Made by a program: the position numbers and the translations under genes. A DNA stretch of 55,314 nt, taken from positions 1 through 55,314 of the IMG/VR virus record IMGVR_UViG_3300034073_001667, one strand, 5' to 3'. The notes beneath the pieces were generated by a model, which was given only the letters and a program-made list of their open reading frames with translations, was not told the origin of the DNA and did not search any database. This DNA comes from a virus. Taxonomy: Duplodnaviria > Caudoviricetes. Shown piece after piece: positions 17,523-26,298 of the stretch (position 1 is the stretch's first letter; each line of letters opens with the position of its first letter).

Positions 17523-17893
17523 TGTTTGAGACCTCGATTGCATACCTGCTATCGATGGAGTGGGGGAGGGAGATTTCATCTCCCCCTACCTCCTCCTTCT
17601 CAGTGAAGAGCGACAGCGGACCGGATGTTACGTTCCTGATTACACAAGCCAAGCTTGTAGGGTCAGAGATTAAGTTCGTTCCGTTCTCTACACGACAAGA
17701 GTTTGTTGTGCTGTTCATATGGGGCAAGGACGGAGACAACTGCGTCACAATCCCAACAGCTAAAGTTCAAGACGAGCTACCGACTGGCTTAATCAGCGCA
17801 AAGAAGGTCGCCGAATCACTAATCCACAAGATACGCATCAATGCCTCGTCCGATTTTCTACCTTCAGGTACTGATATCCTACACAAAGGGTAA
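17522..17893 (+). CDS. Hypothetical protein
   Basis: TAATG-coupled. Confidence 0.6.
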   Translation: MFETSIAYLLSMEWGREISSPPTSSFSVKSDSGPDVTFLITQAKLVGSEIKFVPFSTRQEFVVLFIWGKDGDNCVTIPTAKVQDELPTGLISAKKVAESLIHKIRINASSDFLPSGTDILHKG

Positions 17894-18083
17894 GCAGAAG
17901 CTCAAGAAGGAGGAATGGGTTGTCACCAAGTACGAAACCGCAAGGGAGATAATGGTGAACGACTCGAAGACAATGGATAGCTTGAGAGACCGCATCTACG
18001 GATCGAACTACAAGGGAGACAAGACCATCGTAATTGTAAAGATTAACTCAAGTAAAATCGTAGGCTATGAATCAAAGCAATAA
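17841..18083 (+). CDS. Hypothetical protein
   Basis: 80 aa. Confidence 0.65.
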   Translation: MPRPIFYLQVLISYTKGKQKLKKEEWVVTKYETAREIMVNDSKTMDSLRDRIYGSNYKGDKTIVIVKINSSKIVGYESKQ

Positions 18084-18303
18084 GGAAGCAGGAAGCGATA
18101 TGAAGTTCCTGTTTTGGGACGATCCTGGCGACAGCCAAGAGAACGTAGACAACCAGAAAACACCTTGCTCAAATCACGCAAGAGACACTGATGAGGAAGA
18201 GCGTAAAGCCGAGGAGCGTATGATGATTATTATGCGGAATGGAAACCAAGGAAATCATTATGCTGAGTATCAAGACTATTTAGACGACACTGACGAAGAA
18301 TGA
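18067..18303 (+). CDS. Hypothetical protein
   Basis: 78 aa; IIMRNGNQGNHY motif. Confidence 0.6.
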   Translation: MNQSNKEAGSDMKFLFWDDPGDSQENVDNQKTPCSNHARDTDEEERKAEERMMIIMRNGNQGNHYAEYQDYLDDTDEE

Positions 18304-19154
18304 AAACAATTAATTCACTAAGCGGAGGCAAGACTTCGTCATACATTGCGGCTAACTATCCTGCAGACTACAATGTGTTTGCACTCGTTCGTATCGAAGA
18401 CCAGAACTGTAAGTTTCCTGATGACAAGATTCGTCAGATTGTAGAAGACCGAATTCAAGCTCCGTTCATAGGTACTGCAGAGGATGACATCATCATCCAT
18501 ACAATGCTAGACCTTGAGCAGTTTATAGGTAAAGAAATAACTTGGGTTACTGGTAAGACTTTCGAAGAAACAATTCATCAATACAAGATGAAGAACGGAG
18601 GTTACTACTTGCCCAACAAGATGACTCGTTACTGCACAACTGATATGAAGACTAAGCCTATCGCTGAGTGGAGGTACAAGACTATTGAAGGTGATGCCGC
18701 TATGCGTTTTGGATTCCGAGCTAATGAAACATCTCGAGCGAACAAGATGATGGCTAAACTAAATGACCGAGGTATGACCGAGGTAAAGATTATCGTAGGC
18801 AAGGGAAGTACTGGCCGCAACAAGTGGAAGACCATTGAGTACTGCAAGCCAGAGTTTCCACTCATTGAGGCCGGAATCTACAAAGACACAGTAGAAAACT
18901 TTTGGTCCGACAAAGAAGTACGATTTGCCTATATGAACAACTGCGTTGGCTGTTGGTGGAGGTCACCTTTGCTGTTGAAGAAGATGAGCGAGAAGCACCC
19001 AAACAAGATGCAGTTCTTTTCGAACCTAGAGGAAGAAGCAGGGAGTACGTTCCGATCAGACGTAAAGTACTCTGAAATCATCAAATGGAAGTCTCAGATT
19101 GAGATGTTTGATGATGACTTCAATGAATGTGATGCAGGATACTGCGGACTGTAA
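18300..19154 (+). CDS. PAPS-reductase-like (HUP/PP-loop) Fe-S protein
   Basis: SLSGGKTS PP-loop; RYCT, GFRANE, NCVGC, CDAGYCGL. Confidence 0.8.
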   Translation: MKTINSLSGGKTSSYIAANYPADYNVFALVRIEDQNCKFPDDKIRQIVEDRIQAPFIGTAEDDIIIHTMLDLEQFIGKEITWVTGKTFEETIHQYKMKNGGYYLPNKMTRYCTTDMKTKPIAEWRYKTIEGDAAMRFGFRANETSRANKMMAKLNDRGMTEVKIIVGKGSTGRNKWKTIEYCKPEFPLIEAGIYKDTVENFWSDKEVRFAYMNNCVGCWWRSPLLLKKMSEKHPNKMQFFSNLEEEAGSTFRSDVKYSEIIKWKSQIEMFDDDFNECDAGYCGL

Positions 19155-19301
19155 TTATTCCAAGAATGCGTGGTGATGGATTGTTGAGTTCTCACAGCCT
19201 TCAATTCGACAGGTGCTTACATCAGCAAAGCCAGTCATAGGCTCAACTGAAGCACAAGATGTAGCAAGCAACGCTACGAAAGCCAAGAAAAGTTTCTTCA
19301 T
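19155..19301 (-). CDS. Small antisense lipoprotein (48 aa)
   Basis: MKKLFLAFVALLATS|CASVEPMTGFADVSTCRIEGCENSTIHHHAFLE; lipobox; fills an otherwise empty gap. Confidence 0.7.
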   Translation of the reverse strand: MKKLFLAFVALLATSCASVEPMTGFADVSTCRIEGCENSTIHHHAFLE

Positions 19302-19337
19302 AGTATGTTAATTTAATGTTAAATGTACAAATAAAAA

Positions 19338-19571
19338 ATGAAAATCGAGTTAACAATGACCGAGCTGTTGCTAATCGTTGATATGATTAAGAACGGCACT
19401 GAACAAGACAACGAGGGTACGGACACTTACACCGTCAAAGAACTTTATGATGCGTTTATTAACGGAGCTGACACCAAGCTGAGGTGTACTGTCTGCGGCT
19501 CTACGGATGACGTTAAACTTTCAGCCACAAGAAACTTCAACGCTTACTGCAAAAAATGTCTATCCAAATGA
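19338..19571 (+). CDS. Hypothetical Zn-finger protein
   Basis: CTVC..CKKC. Confidence 0.65.
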   Translation: MKIELTMTELLLIVDMIKNGTEQDNEGTDTYTVKELYDAFINGADTKLRCTVCGSTDDVKLSATRNFNAYCKKCLSK

Positions 19572-19699
19572 ACAATGACCAAATAGATGAAGCCTTGAAC
19601 GAGGCATACAAGAAGGGTTGGGAGGATGCCTTTACACTTTTCAAACGTCACTACTACCTTGTGAAAGGTATTGCTGAACCACTAAAAGAAGACAAATGA
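19568..19699 (+). CDS. Hypothetical protein (43 aa)
   Basis: ATGA-coupled at both ends; MNNDQIDEALNEAYKKGWEDAF... Confidence 0.55.
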   Translation: MNNDQIDEALNEAYKKGWEDAFTLFKRHYYLVKGIAEPLKEDK

Positions 19700-19962
19700 A
19701 AACACCAATGCAAGAACTATTGGACTTTGAGTTAGAACTAACACGGATGTTTGACTCAGACGAAAGAGTGGCTATGGCTATCCTTGATAAGATTAGAACC
19801 ACTCGCAATGAGATGCTTGAGAAAGAGAAGGATGTGATGTGTGACTTCGTAGAATACTGCGATGAAGCAAACCGAAACTACCAAGAGACTGAAGAGTCTT
19901 GGTGTGAGGACTTGACTATTGATGATATGTTTGACAAACGATTTAACACTAAACAAAAATGA
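19696..19962 (+). CDS. Hypothetical protein (MKTPMQEL..EKEK..FNTK family)
   Basis: Paralog-like to the next gene. Confidence 0.7.
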   Translation: MKTPMQELLDFELELTRMFDSDERVAMAILDKIRTTRNEMLEKEKDVMCDFVEYCDEANRNYQETEESWCEDLTIDDMFDKRFNTKQK

Positions 19963-20255
19963 AACAGAGCAGTATTGAATGGATTTACAACAACCTTAAG
20001 TCACACTTTGAACACGATGGTGATTTACTTGAGGCTGTTAAGATGAGCTTTGAACAAGCCAAAGCAATGCACAAGGAGGAGATTGAGAATGCAGTTAAAC
20101 AAGGTTGGGATTACAATGAAGAAGGTCTTGTGCAATGGATGGGCGAAAAGTACTACAACGAAACCTTTAACACCAATCAAGAAAATCTACAGGATAGTAC
20201 GAATGGTTATACCTACTACCCACAGGAAAACAAAACAGTCTTTAACACCAAATGA
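19959..20255 (+). CDS. Hypothetical protein (EQAKAMHKEEI..YYNETF family)
   Basis: Motif recurrent in Bacteroidota phages. Confidence 0.75.
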   Translation: MKQSSIEWIYNNLKSHFEHDGDLLEAVKMSFEQAKAMHKEEIENAVKQGWDYNEEGLVQWMGEKYYNETFNTNQENLQDSTNGYTYYPQENKTVFNTK

Positions 20256-20419
20256 AAATAGAACTTGAAGCATACGACCACACTTGTTCAGATGGATGCT
20301 GCGCCACCTACGGATACGATGTGTTCGTGGATGGTGAGAAAATAGGATTCACCACAGGTGAAGATGCAACCGAATTGGCAGAACTATTGAACGAACACTT
20401 TAACCCAGAAAAGAAATGA
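20252..20419 (+). CDS. Hypothetical protein (55 aa)
   Basis: MKIELEAYDHTCSDGCCATYG...HFNPEKK; ATGA-coupled at both ends. Confidence 0.6.
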   Translation: MKIELEAYDHTCSDGCCATYGYDVFVDGEKIGFTTGEDATELAELLNEHFNPEKK

Positions 20420-20592
20420 GTCTTTACAATCTTGATTTGCACGAAAAAGTTACTATACATAGAATTAGAACTGAAGTAATTCGGGTTCCGGGAGGATTGA
20501 TTTATATCTGTGCTGACAATAATCCGGTTTTTGTTCCTCTATTTGCTCCTCCTGTAAGGAAGAAGCCAAAGAAGAAGAAGAAGAAGAGTTAA
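20416..20592 (+). CDS. Hypothetical protein (58 aa)
   Basis: RVPGGLIY..VFVP motif; poly-Lys tail. Confidence 0.6.
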   Translation: MSLYNLDLHEKVTIHRIRTEVIRVPGGLIYICADNNPVFVPLFAPPVRKKPKKKKKKS

Positions 20593-20607
20593 ACACTTTG
20601 AAACCAA

Positions 20608-20748
20608 ATGAAACGATTGTTGGATTGGTTTACAATAAAGAGTGACTGTTGTAACGCACCAATGAAGAATACCGATATACATATCTTGCCAAACTATTCA
20701 GAGATGAACATCTACGAGTGTCAATCGTGTAAGAAAAAGTGGCTATGA
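20608..20748 (+). CDS. Small Zn-ribbon protein (46 aa)
   Basis: SDCCNAP..YECQSCKK. Confidence 0.55.
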   Translation: MKRLLDWFTIKSDCCNAPMKNTDIHILPNYSEMNIYECQSCKKKWL

Positions 20749-20806
20749 CGCTACAACTCCTTCTATTTCATATCTAATAAATCAGTTACAACCTTACAAT
20801 AACCCT

Positions 20807-21190
20807 ATGAAATGTGAATCCTGCGGAGGCGAAGGCTACCACAAGCTAAGTTGTAGCCACAACCCAGACAGACAACCTAATATACCTATGGAACAGATTA
20901 AAGAATACGTCAACCGATACGGAGATAAGTACACCTTCTCGCTCAATGAGAAAGGCAACGTAGACTGGCGTGGGCCTTTTAGTTGTTGCCGATATGCGTG
21001 TGCAAGCGACACAGACGGAACACCTGATTGGAGCATCATCACTATGGTAGACCCAAGCGGTGGCCCTTACATTACTATTGACTACCCACTTGAGGTCGCA
21101 GGAATCGACCGAAAGGTTGTTGGGTTTAAAGAGCATACAGAAACTCACTGGGAGATTCTACTTGAACCAACCTCGCCAAATGTGCCATAA
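20807..21190 (+). CDS. Hypothetical protein
   Basis: CESC..H..C N-terminus; NRYGDKYTF and MVDPSGGPYI motifs. Confidence 0.7.
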   Translation: MKCESCGGEGYHKLSCSHNPDRQPNIPMEQIKEYVNRYGDKYTFSLNEKGNVDWRGPFSCCRYACASDTDGTPDWSIITMVDPSGGPYITIDYPLEVAGIDRKVVGFKEHTETHWEILLEPTSPNVP

Positions 21191-21327
21191 AAACACAGTT
21201 TTGGCAGATTATAAGGTGACAGACCTATAAGTGTCAACTAAAAGTCTGTATCCTTATGTACGCTAATTCGGATAATGTCCGATTAACTATACAAAATGTT
21301 ACAGTTTTGTGCAATTAAATACACATT

Positions 21328-21627
21328 ATGGCTAAGAGACTAACCAAACAAGAGAAGTGGAACAAGGCAAGTGAAGACCTCATCAATAAGATGTTTGAGA
21401 TTGCTGGCCACAACGTAACCTATGATGACATCAAGGGACGAACAGACGACTGGTACACCGACTGGACTATGACCGTTGCTCAAGGAGAGCAGTGGAAGGA
21501 GTGGGGGATGGAGTACCTACAGAAGAATATGAAGCTTAACAAGAAGCTTGCAGATATTGAGATGAGAATGTTTAATGTAATGTACGGATTAAAGTATTCA
21601 GACTGGTATGGAGACGATCAAAAATAA
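21328..21627 (+). CDS. Hypothetical protein
   Basis: 99 aa, Trp-rich. Confidence 0.7.
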   Translation: MAKRLTKQEKWNKASEDLINKMFEIAGHNVTYDDIKGRTDDWYTDWTMTVAQGEQWKEWGMEYLQKNMKLNKKLADIEMRMFNVMYGLKYSDWYGDDQK

Positions 21628-21763
21628 AAGAACACTAGCCGAGCAGTACCGCAAGGCTCAGTACAACCGCAACGTATGCAAGTACAATCGTCAGCGAGAG
21701 CAGGAGATGTACTGGCACGGATACGTACAAGCACTAAGTTTAATTATAGAGACACAATCGTAA
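21608..21763 (+). CDS. Hypothetical protein (51 aa)
   Basis: METIKNKRTLAEQYRKAQ...YWHGYVQALSLIIETQS; TAATG-coupled to the next gene. Confidence 0.55.
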   Translation: METIKNKRTLAEQYRKAQYNRNVCKYNRQREQEMYWHGYVQALSLIIETQS

Positions 21764-22101
21764 TGGAAATAACTTATTGGGAGGCTATACCTGAGCCCAA
21801 GTATGGCTATAGAATGGTTGAGGTATGGGATGACTCCATAAGTGAACTAAATGCTGTATTTAAATGCACTGGTTGTGATACGCCAAACGATGGAAAAGTC
21901 GGACACGGATCTGCTGGCGAATGCTATTGGTGTGGTAAATTAGGTTATTGGCATTTAGTATCTATTGAGGTAGACGGCGAATACCTTAGGTATAGGAATG
22001 CAATTGCATTACTTAAAAGGAAAAAGTTAATATACCGCGAAAAGGAAAAGGTAATTGAATCAATAGATTATACATTTAAACCAATCCAAACAGAACAATG
22101 A
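21763..22101 (+). CDS. AT-rich hypothetical Zn-finger protein
   Basis: CTGC..CYWC; start ATG 21763. Confidence 0.6.
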   Translation: MEITYWEAIPEPKYGYRMVEVWDDSISELNAVFKCTGCDTPNDGKVGHGSAGECYWCGKLGYWHLVSIEVDGEYLRYRNAIALLKRKKLIYREKEKVIESIDYTFKPIQTEQ

Positions 22102-22391
22102 CCGAATCAAGCACAGAGCTTAAGCTCGTTAAGCTGTTGATCGTTATGCAGGTTCACCTCGAACTTCTTGACGAGCTACAGACAACACCTATCTATCGCC
22201 ACAACATCAAGCGATCAGTCAACAACCTATCAAAGGATCTCGAACTACAGCTTAATATGCTGTACAAGAATATGAAGACTGACAACGACGTAGAGGAGGC
22301 ATACAACGCAGTCAAGCACGGGGTAGACATACTACTTGCCGCTGACACAGACACATTGTACAACATCGGGTACCGCCCAACTAACAACTAA
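22098..22391 (+). CDS. Hypothetical protein
   Basis: 97 aa, helical. Confidence 0.7.
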   Translation: MTESSTELKLVKLLIVMQVHLELLDELQTTPIYRHNIKRSVNNLSKDLELQLNMLYKNMKTDNDVEEAYNAVKHGVDILLAADTDTLYNIGYRPTNN

Positions 22392-22395
22392 AAAA

Positions 22396-22698
22396 ATGAC
22401 AGCAGACGAACTATTCAGAAACGTAGAGCAGTGGGCAATCATCCGAGGCCTCGGAGACCCATCACTCTCAAACCGCCAAGCACTAAAAGTTATGGAAGAG
22501 GTTGGCGAGACTATGGCCGCACTAGCTCGAGGCCGCAGAGCAGATCTCAAGGACGGTATTGGAGACTCGATTGTTACGCTGATTATTCTCGCACTCCAGT
22601 CAGGCCTTAGCGCAACTGAATGCCTTGAGTCAGCATACAACGAAATCAAGGACCGCAAGGGTCGTATGGTGGACGGAGTATTCATCAAGGAGCAATGA
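22396..22698 (+). CDS. MazG-like nucleotide pyrophosphohydrolase
   Basis: KVMEEVGE..DGIGD..AYNEIKDRKG..DGVFIKE. Confidence 0.85.
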   Translation: MTADELFRNVEQWAIIRGLGDPSLSNRQALKVMEEVGETMAALARGRRADLKDGIGDSIVTLIILALQSGLSATECLESAYNEIKDRKGRMVDGVFIKEQ

Positions 22699-22952
22699 AG
22701 ACTTGGAAGCAGTATGGTGTTAACCACACCGAGTACGACCGCGTTGGTTCGTACGCCATCGTAACGATGAGCTTTGACCAACCCAATTGTCCTTTCTATC
22801 TAGGGCTTTTCGGGGTCGCAAAGTCAGGTAGATATAATTTCATTTGCAACTTGCGTATCTCGGAGGGTTGGAATACTTTTGATGAGGCGAAAGCCCAACT
22901 TTGCAACAAAGCAATTAAACTCAATGAAAATAAACCAACTAGACCTGTTTAG
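22695..22952 (+). CDS. Hypothetical protein
   Basis: ATGA-coupled. Confidence 0.55.
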   Translation: MKTWKQYGVNHTEYDRVGSYAIVTMSFDQPNCPFYLGLFGVAKSGRYNFICNLRISEGWNTFDEAKAQLCNKAIKLNENKPTRPV

Positions 22953-24207
22953 CGGAATCGGTGGATTCCACCTAGGCTTTGAACGAGCAGGCTATAAGGT
23001 GAACTCTTTCTTCTCGGAGATAGACCCACACGCTATTGCTGTCTACAAACACAAATTCCCAAAATCAACTTATGTCGGATCAGTTACAGATGTTCGAGGA
23101 GCAGACCTCCCACGCATCGACCTTATCACCTTTGGAAGTCCTTGCCAAGACTTCAGCCTTGCTGGAAAACGTAAAGGAATGGATGGAGACAGATCAAGCC
23201 TTATCCTTGAAGCAATTCGCCTCATTGGGGAATGCCGACCAAGAGTATTTGTCTGGGAAAATGTTAAAGGAACTTTCTCCTCAAACTCTGGCGAAGACTT
23301 TGCGGCAATCCTCCAAGCGTTTGCCAACATTGGGGGCTATCGACTTGAATGGCAACTGCTTAATACATCGTGGTTTCTACCCCAAAACAGAGAGCGCATT
23401 TACCTTGTCGGATATTCTGCAGAACCCAAGCGAAATTGGAGAGGAGTTTTTCCTATCGAAGTTGAGTCAGGAAAGAATTATGGGGTATCGGGACAACAAG
23501 CAAACACCAATACAATCCTACAGCGATACGGAAACGACGCACAAGGAAGCTATATTATTGAACGTAAACTCAATGCACAAGTAAAGCAGGTTGGTACTCG
23601 TCTTGATTCCAATGGCGGCACACAGCCATACCAGCAAGACAGAGTCTACGATGCTGAAGGAATTGCTCCTGCGCTCAACCAAGGAAAGAGCGACCTAATT
23701 CTACGAGTGAAGTCTGCAACATCTGTTGGCTATGAGGAGGCTACATATGGTGACAGCGTAAACCTAGCACAGCCTAACAGCGACACACGCCGTGGACGAG
23801 TTGGTAAACAGAAGGCTCAAACGCTAGAGACTAGTTGCAACCAAGGCGTAATAGAGCCAATCTTTACCTACGAAGCGGCTAACGAAACTGTGCGGAGAAA
23901 TACCTTCATTGAGGGAGAAATCAAAGCACTTGACTTCTACAACAAAGCTGTTCGTGATGAGTCTCCAACACTGACTGACCCTAAGCATAACAGCGTAGGG
24001 TTATTTGATGGATACCGAATCCGTAGGCTTACTCCCATTGAGTGCGAACGACTTCAAGGATTCCCTGATGATCACACATCATTCGGAAACTACGATGGAG
24101 AAGTCAAGCTTATGAGTAGGAACCAACGCTACAAGCAGTGCGGCAACGCAGTAACTGTAGATGTAGTTCAGGCCGTAGCAGAACAAGTAAAACCGCTATT
24201 TAAATGA
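22924..24207 (+). CDS. DNA (cytosine-5)-methyltransferase
   Basis: DLFSGIGG (I), GSPCQDFS (IV), WENV (VI), QNRERIY (VIII), RRLTPIECERLQGFP (IX), GNAV (X). Confidence 0.95.
   Translation: MKINQLDLFSGIGGFHLGFERAGYKVNSFFSEIDPHAIAVYKHKFPKSTYVGSVTDVRGADLPRIDLITFGSPCQDFSLAGKRKGMDGDRSSLILEAIRLIGECRPRVFVWENVKGTFSSNSGEDFAAILQAFANIGGYRLEWQLLNTSWFLPQNRERIYLVGYSAEPKRNWRGVFPIEVESGKNYGVSGQQANTNTILQRYGNDAQGSYIIERKLNAQVKQVGTRLDSNGGTQPYQQDRVYDAEGIAPALNQGKSDLILRVKSATSVGYEEATYGDSVNLAQPNSDTRRGRVGKQKAQTLETSCNQGVIEPIFTYEAANETVRRNTFIEGEIKALDFYNKAVRDESPTLTDPKHNSVGLFDGYRIRRLTPIECERLQGFPDDHTSFGNYDGEVKLMSRNQRYKQCGNAVTVDVVQAVAEQVKPLFK
23072..23584 (+). CDS. Overprinted alternative-frame methyltransferase partner polypeptide (M.EcoHK31I beta-like)
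   Basis: 170 aa, entirely inside the MTase gene; A-rich leader AAAATCAACTT-ATG; TLSDILQ..FFLS motif. Confidence 0.6.
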   Translation: MSDQLQMFEEQTSHASTLSPLEVLAKTSALLENVKEWMETDQALSLKQFASLGNADQEYLSGKMLKELSPQTLAKTLRQSSKRLPTLGAIDLNGNCLIHRGFYPKTESAFTLSDILQNPSEIGEEFFLSKLSQERIMGYRDNKQTPIQSYSDTETTHKEAILLNVNSMHK

Positions 24208-24650
24208 ATGACTCAGCAAATAAAATAACTAGAACAGCAAACGCAGTACGCGACCTTCTACTTGAGAAGAACGCAGCATACGGAGACTCAGCCCTTAAGC
24301 CGTCCAACATCTTTGCTCGTGGCTCTGCTGTTGACAACATCGCCTGCCGTATCGACGACAAACTGATGCGCATCAAAAACAAAGGGCTAAACGATGCAAC
24401 AGAAGACACACTACAAGACCTTATAGGTTACTTAATCCTACTTAAAATAGCAATTGAAGATGAGCGTGCTCAGCCAACCAATAACAATCTTTCCGAGCGT
24501 AACACAAACGGATACACCAACGTACATAACAGTAGCTTCAGCGCTCCAAAGAATCTCGACTGGTGGGAAACACCTGCAGTTGGTAGAACAAGTAAGGCAA
24601 GGGCAGAAGGAAGCAAAGAAGAAGCTTCCGGTGATCCTATGGGCAGGTGA
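24204..24650 (+). CDS. Nucleotide modification-associated domain 1 (DUF1599-like) protein
   Basis: KNAAYGDS..RIDDKLMRI..EDTLQDLIGYLIL. Confidence 0.8.
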   Translation: MNDSANKITRTANAVRDLLLEKNAAYGDSALKPSNIFARGSAVDNIACRIDDKLMRIKNKGLNDATEDTLQDLIGYLILLKIAIEDERAQPTNNNLSERNTNGYTNVHNSSFSAPKNLDWWETPAVGRTSKARAEGSKEEASGDPMGR

Positions 24651-26286
24651 GTTTGAGTCGCGGCGTGATGACGCAATAAAGAACCATAGCGGACTGATTG
24701 TCCTTGACTTCGACCACATCGACGTTGAGGGTAGCAAGAACGTTCTGTCTACGGACAAGTTCGTGTTTGCTTGTTGGATATCACCATCAGGAGAAGGACT
24801 CAAGGCGCTTGTACGCATCTCAAATCCTAGCCTACACCGCGACCACTTCCGTGCGCTTCAAGCCTACTTCGATAAAGAGTACGGACTTGAGGTGGACCCA
24901 TCGGGAATCAACGAGTCTCGTGCCTGCTTCGATAGCTACGACCCTGAGATTGTAGTCAACGAAGATTCGCTAATCTTTGGGCAGATGCTGTCGGAGAAAG
25001 CCATCTCACAGAAGGCTGAGCAGAAGGACCACTACACCGACTACAACAAGTTAGCCATTGTCTCTTCAATGGTCCGCCGTGCAGAGGATGGAGAGAAGCA
25101 CGCTACCCTACTGAAGGCCGCAATGCTTTGCGGTGGTTATATTGCTGTTGGTCGCATAGAGGAGGACGAAGCCATCCACGTACTTGAGCGTGAGATACTA
25201 CGTCGTGATGTAGACTCTATCGAGACAGCAAGGAACACCATCCGTGATGGTATCGAAAAGGGCAAAACAATGCCCATCCGGGAGGTACTCGAGAACGAGA
25301 ATGCTGTCAAGCTAGAGATGATGATTAACGATGGCGATATGTCGTTCATCTCATCCGATGACGAAGACTATCGTTGGATTCAGGACTACATCGATGGCAA
25401 GCTACAAGTAGGTCTAAGCACTGGTTGCGAAAACCTAGACAAGCACTTCTTATTTAAGCGGGACTTTACCATCATCAATGGTATCTCAAACATCGGTAAG
25501 TCTACCTTCGCTCTCTATATGATTGCATCTTCTGCGGTACGCCACAATTGGCGATGGATTATCTACTCTGCTGAAAACAAAACAGCATCAGTGAAGATGA
25601 AGCTTATTCAGTTCGCATCCAATATGCAGATTAAGGATATGAACCAAATGCAGCTGAAGAAGGCATACCAATGGGTTAACGAACACTTTACTATTATCAG
25701 TAATAAGAACACCTATTCGTACACCGACCTTATGGTCTTCGCTGAGAAGCTCATCCGCCAAGGGAACTACGATGGATACTTCATTGATCCATACAACAGC
25801 CTGAAGATTCAGATGAGCAGTGGCACACCGCTGTCCACCCACGACTATCACTACGAGGCGGCATCTGAGTTTCTTACGTTTACTCAGTCACACAATATGG
25901 CGCTATGGTTATCTACCCACGCCATCACAGAAGCCCAACGCCGTAAGGGTATGGATGGCTTACCTCAGGCTCCGTTTGCAGAAGACACTGAAGGTGGTGG
26001 TAAGTTCGTTAACAAGAGTGACAATTTCTTGACGTTCCACAGAAAGATTCAGCATCCTGAAGCGGATATGAGAAGGACGGTAGAGGTCCACGTTCGTAAG
26101 GTTCGTGAGGTGGAATCAGGTGGGGAGCCCACAAGCCTTGACTTCCCGGTTCTATTTGAGATGAATAGACAGAATGTAGGGTTCCTAAACAAGTTCACTG
26201 GTAAGCATATGTTTCAATCCATACTCAAGGATGAGCCTGTGCAAAAGTTTGTCTTTGAGCCAAGCGATATTCACGATATCTTCTAA
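24460..26286 (+). CDS. Primase-helicase (VirE-N/BT4734-like primase domain + SF4/DnaB-like helicase)
   Basis: KKKLP..HSGLIVLDFDH..SPSGEGLK..SYDP; Walker A GISNIGKS; FIDPYN. Confidence 0.85.
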   Translation: MSVLSQPITIFPSVTQTDTPTYITVASALQRISTGGKHLQLVEQVRQGQKEAKKKLPVILWAGEFESRRDDAIKNHSGLIVLDFDHIDVEGSKNVLSTDKFVFACWISPSGEGLKALVRISNPSLHRDHFRALQAYFDKEYGLEVDPSGINESRACFDSYDPEIVVNEDSLIFGQMLSEKAISQKAEQKDHYTDYNKLAIVSSMVRRAEDGEKHATLLKAAMLCGGYIAVGRIEEDEAIHVLEREILRRDVDSIETARNTIRDGIEKGKTMPIREVLENENAVKLEMMINDGDMSFISSDDEDYRWIQDYIDGKLQVGLSTGCENLDKHFLFKRDFTIINGISNIGKSTFALYMIASSAVRHNWRWIIYSAENKTASVKMKLIQFASNMQIKDMNQMQLKKAYQWVNEHFTIISNKNTYSYTDLMVFAEKLIRQGNYDGYFIDPYNSLKIQMSSGTPLSTHDYHYEAASEFLTFTQSHNMALWLSTHAITEAQRRKGMDGLPQAPFAEDTEGGGKFVNKSDNFLTFHRKIQHPEADMRRTVEVHVRKVREVESGGEPTSLDFPVLFEMNRQNVGFLNKFTGKHMFQSILKDEPVQKFVFEPSDIHDIF

Positions 26287-26298
26287 TATCTTTGATTA

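Noticed and set aside
11993-20420. Repeats as a CRISPR array
   Set aside because: Few, degenerate copies separated by whole genes; no cas genes.
18189-24090. Other CTGATGA occurrences (e.g. ~18189, ~18418, ~24064) as hammerheads
   Set aside because: No paired stem II plus GAAA and no stems I/III; all lie inside coding regions.
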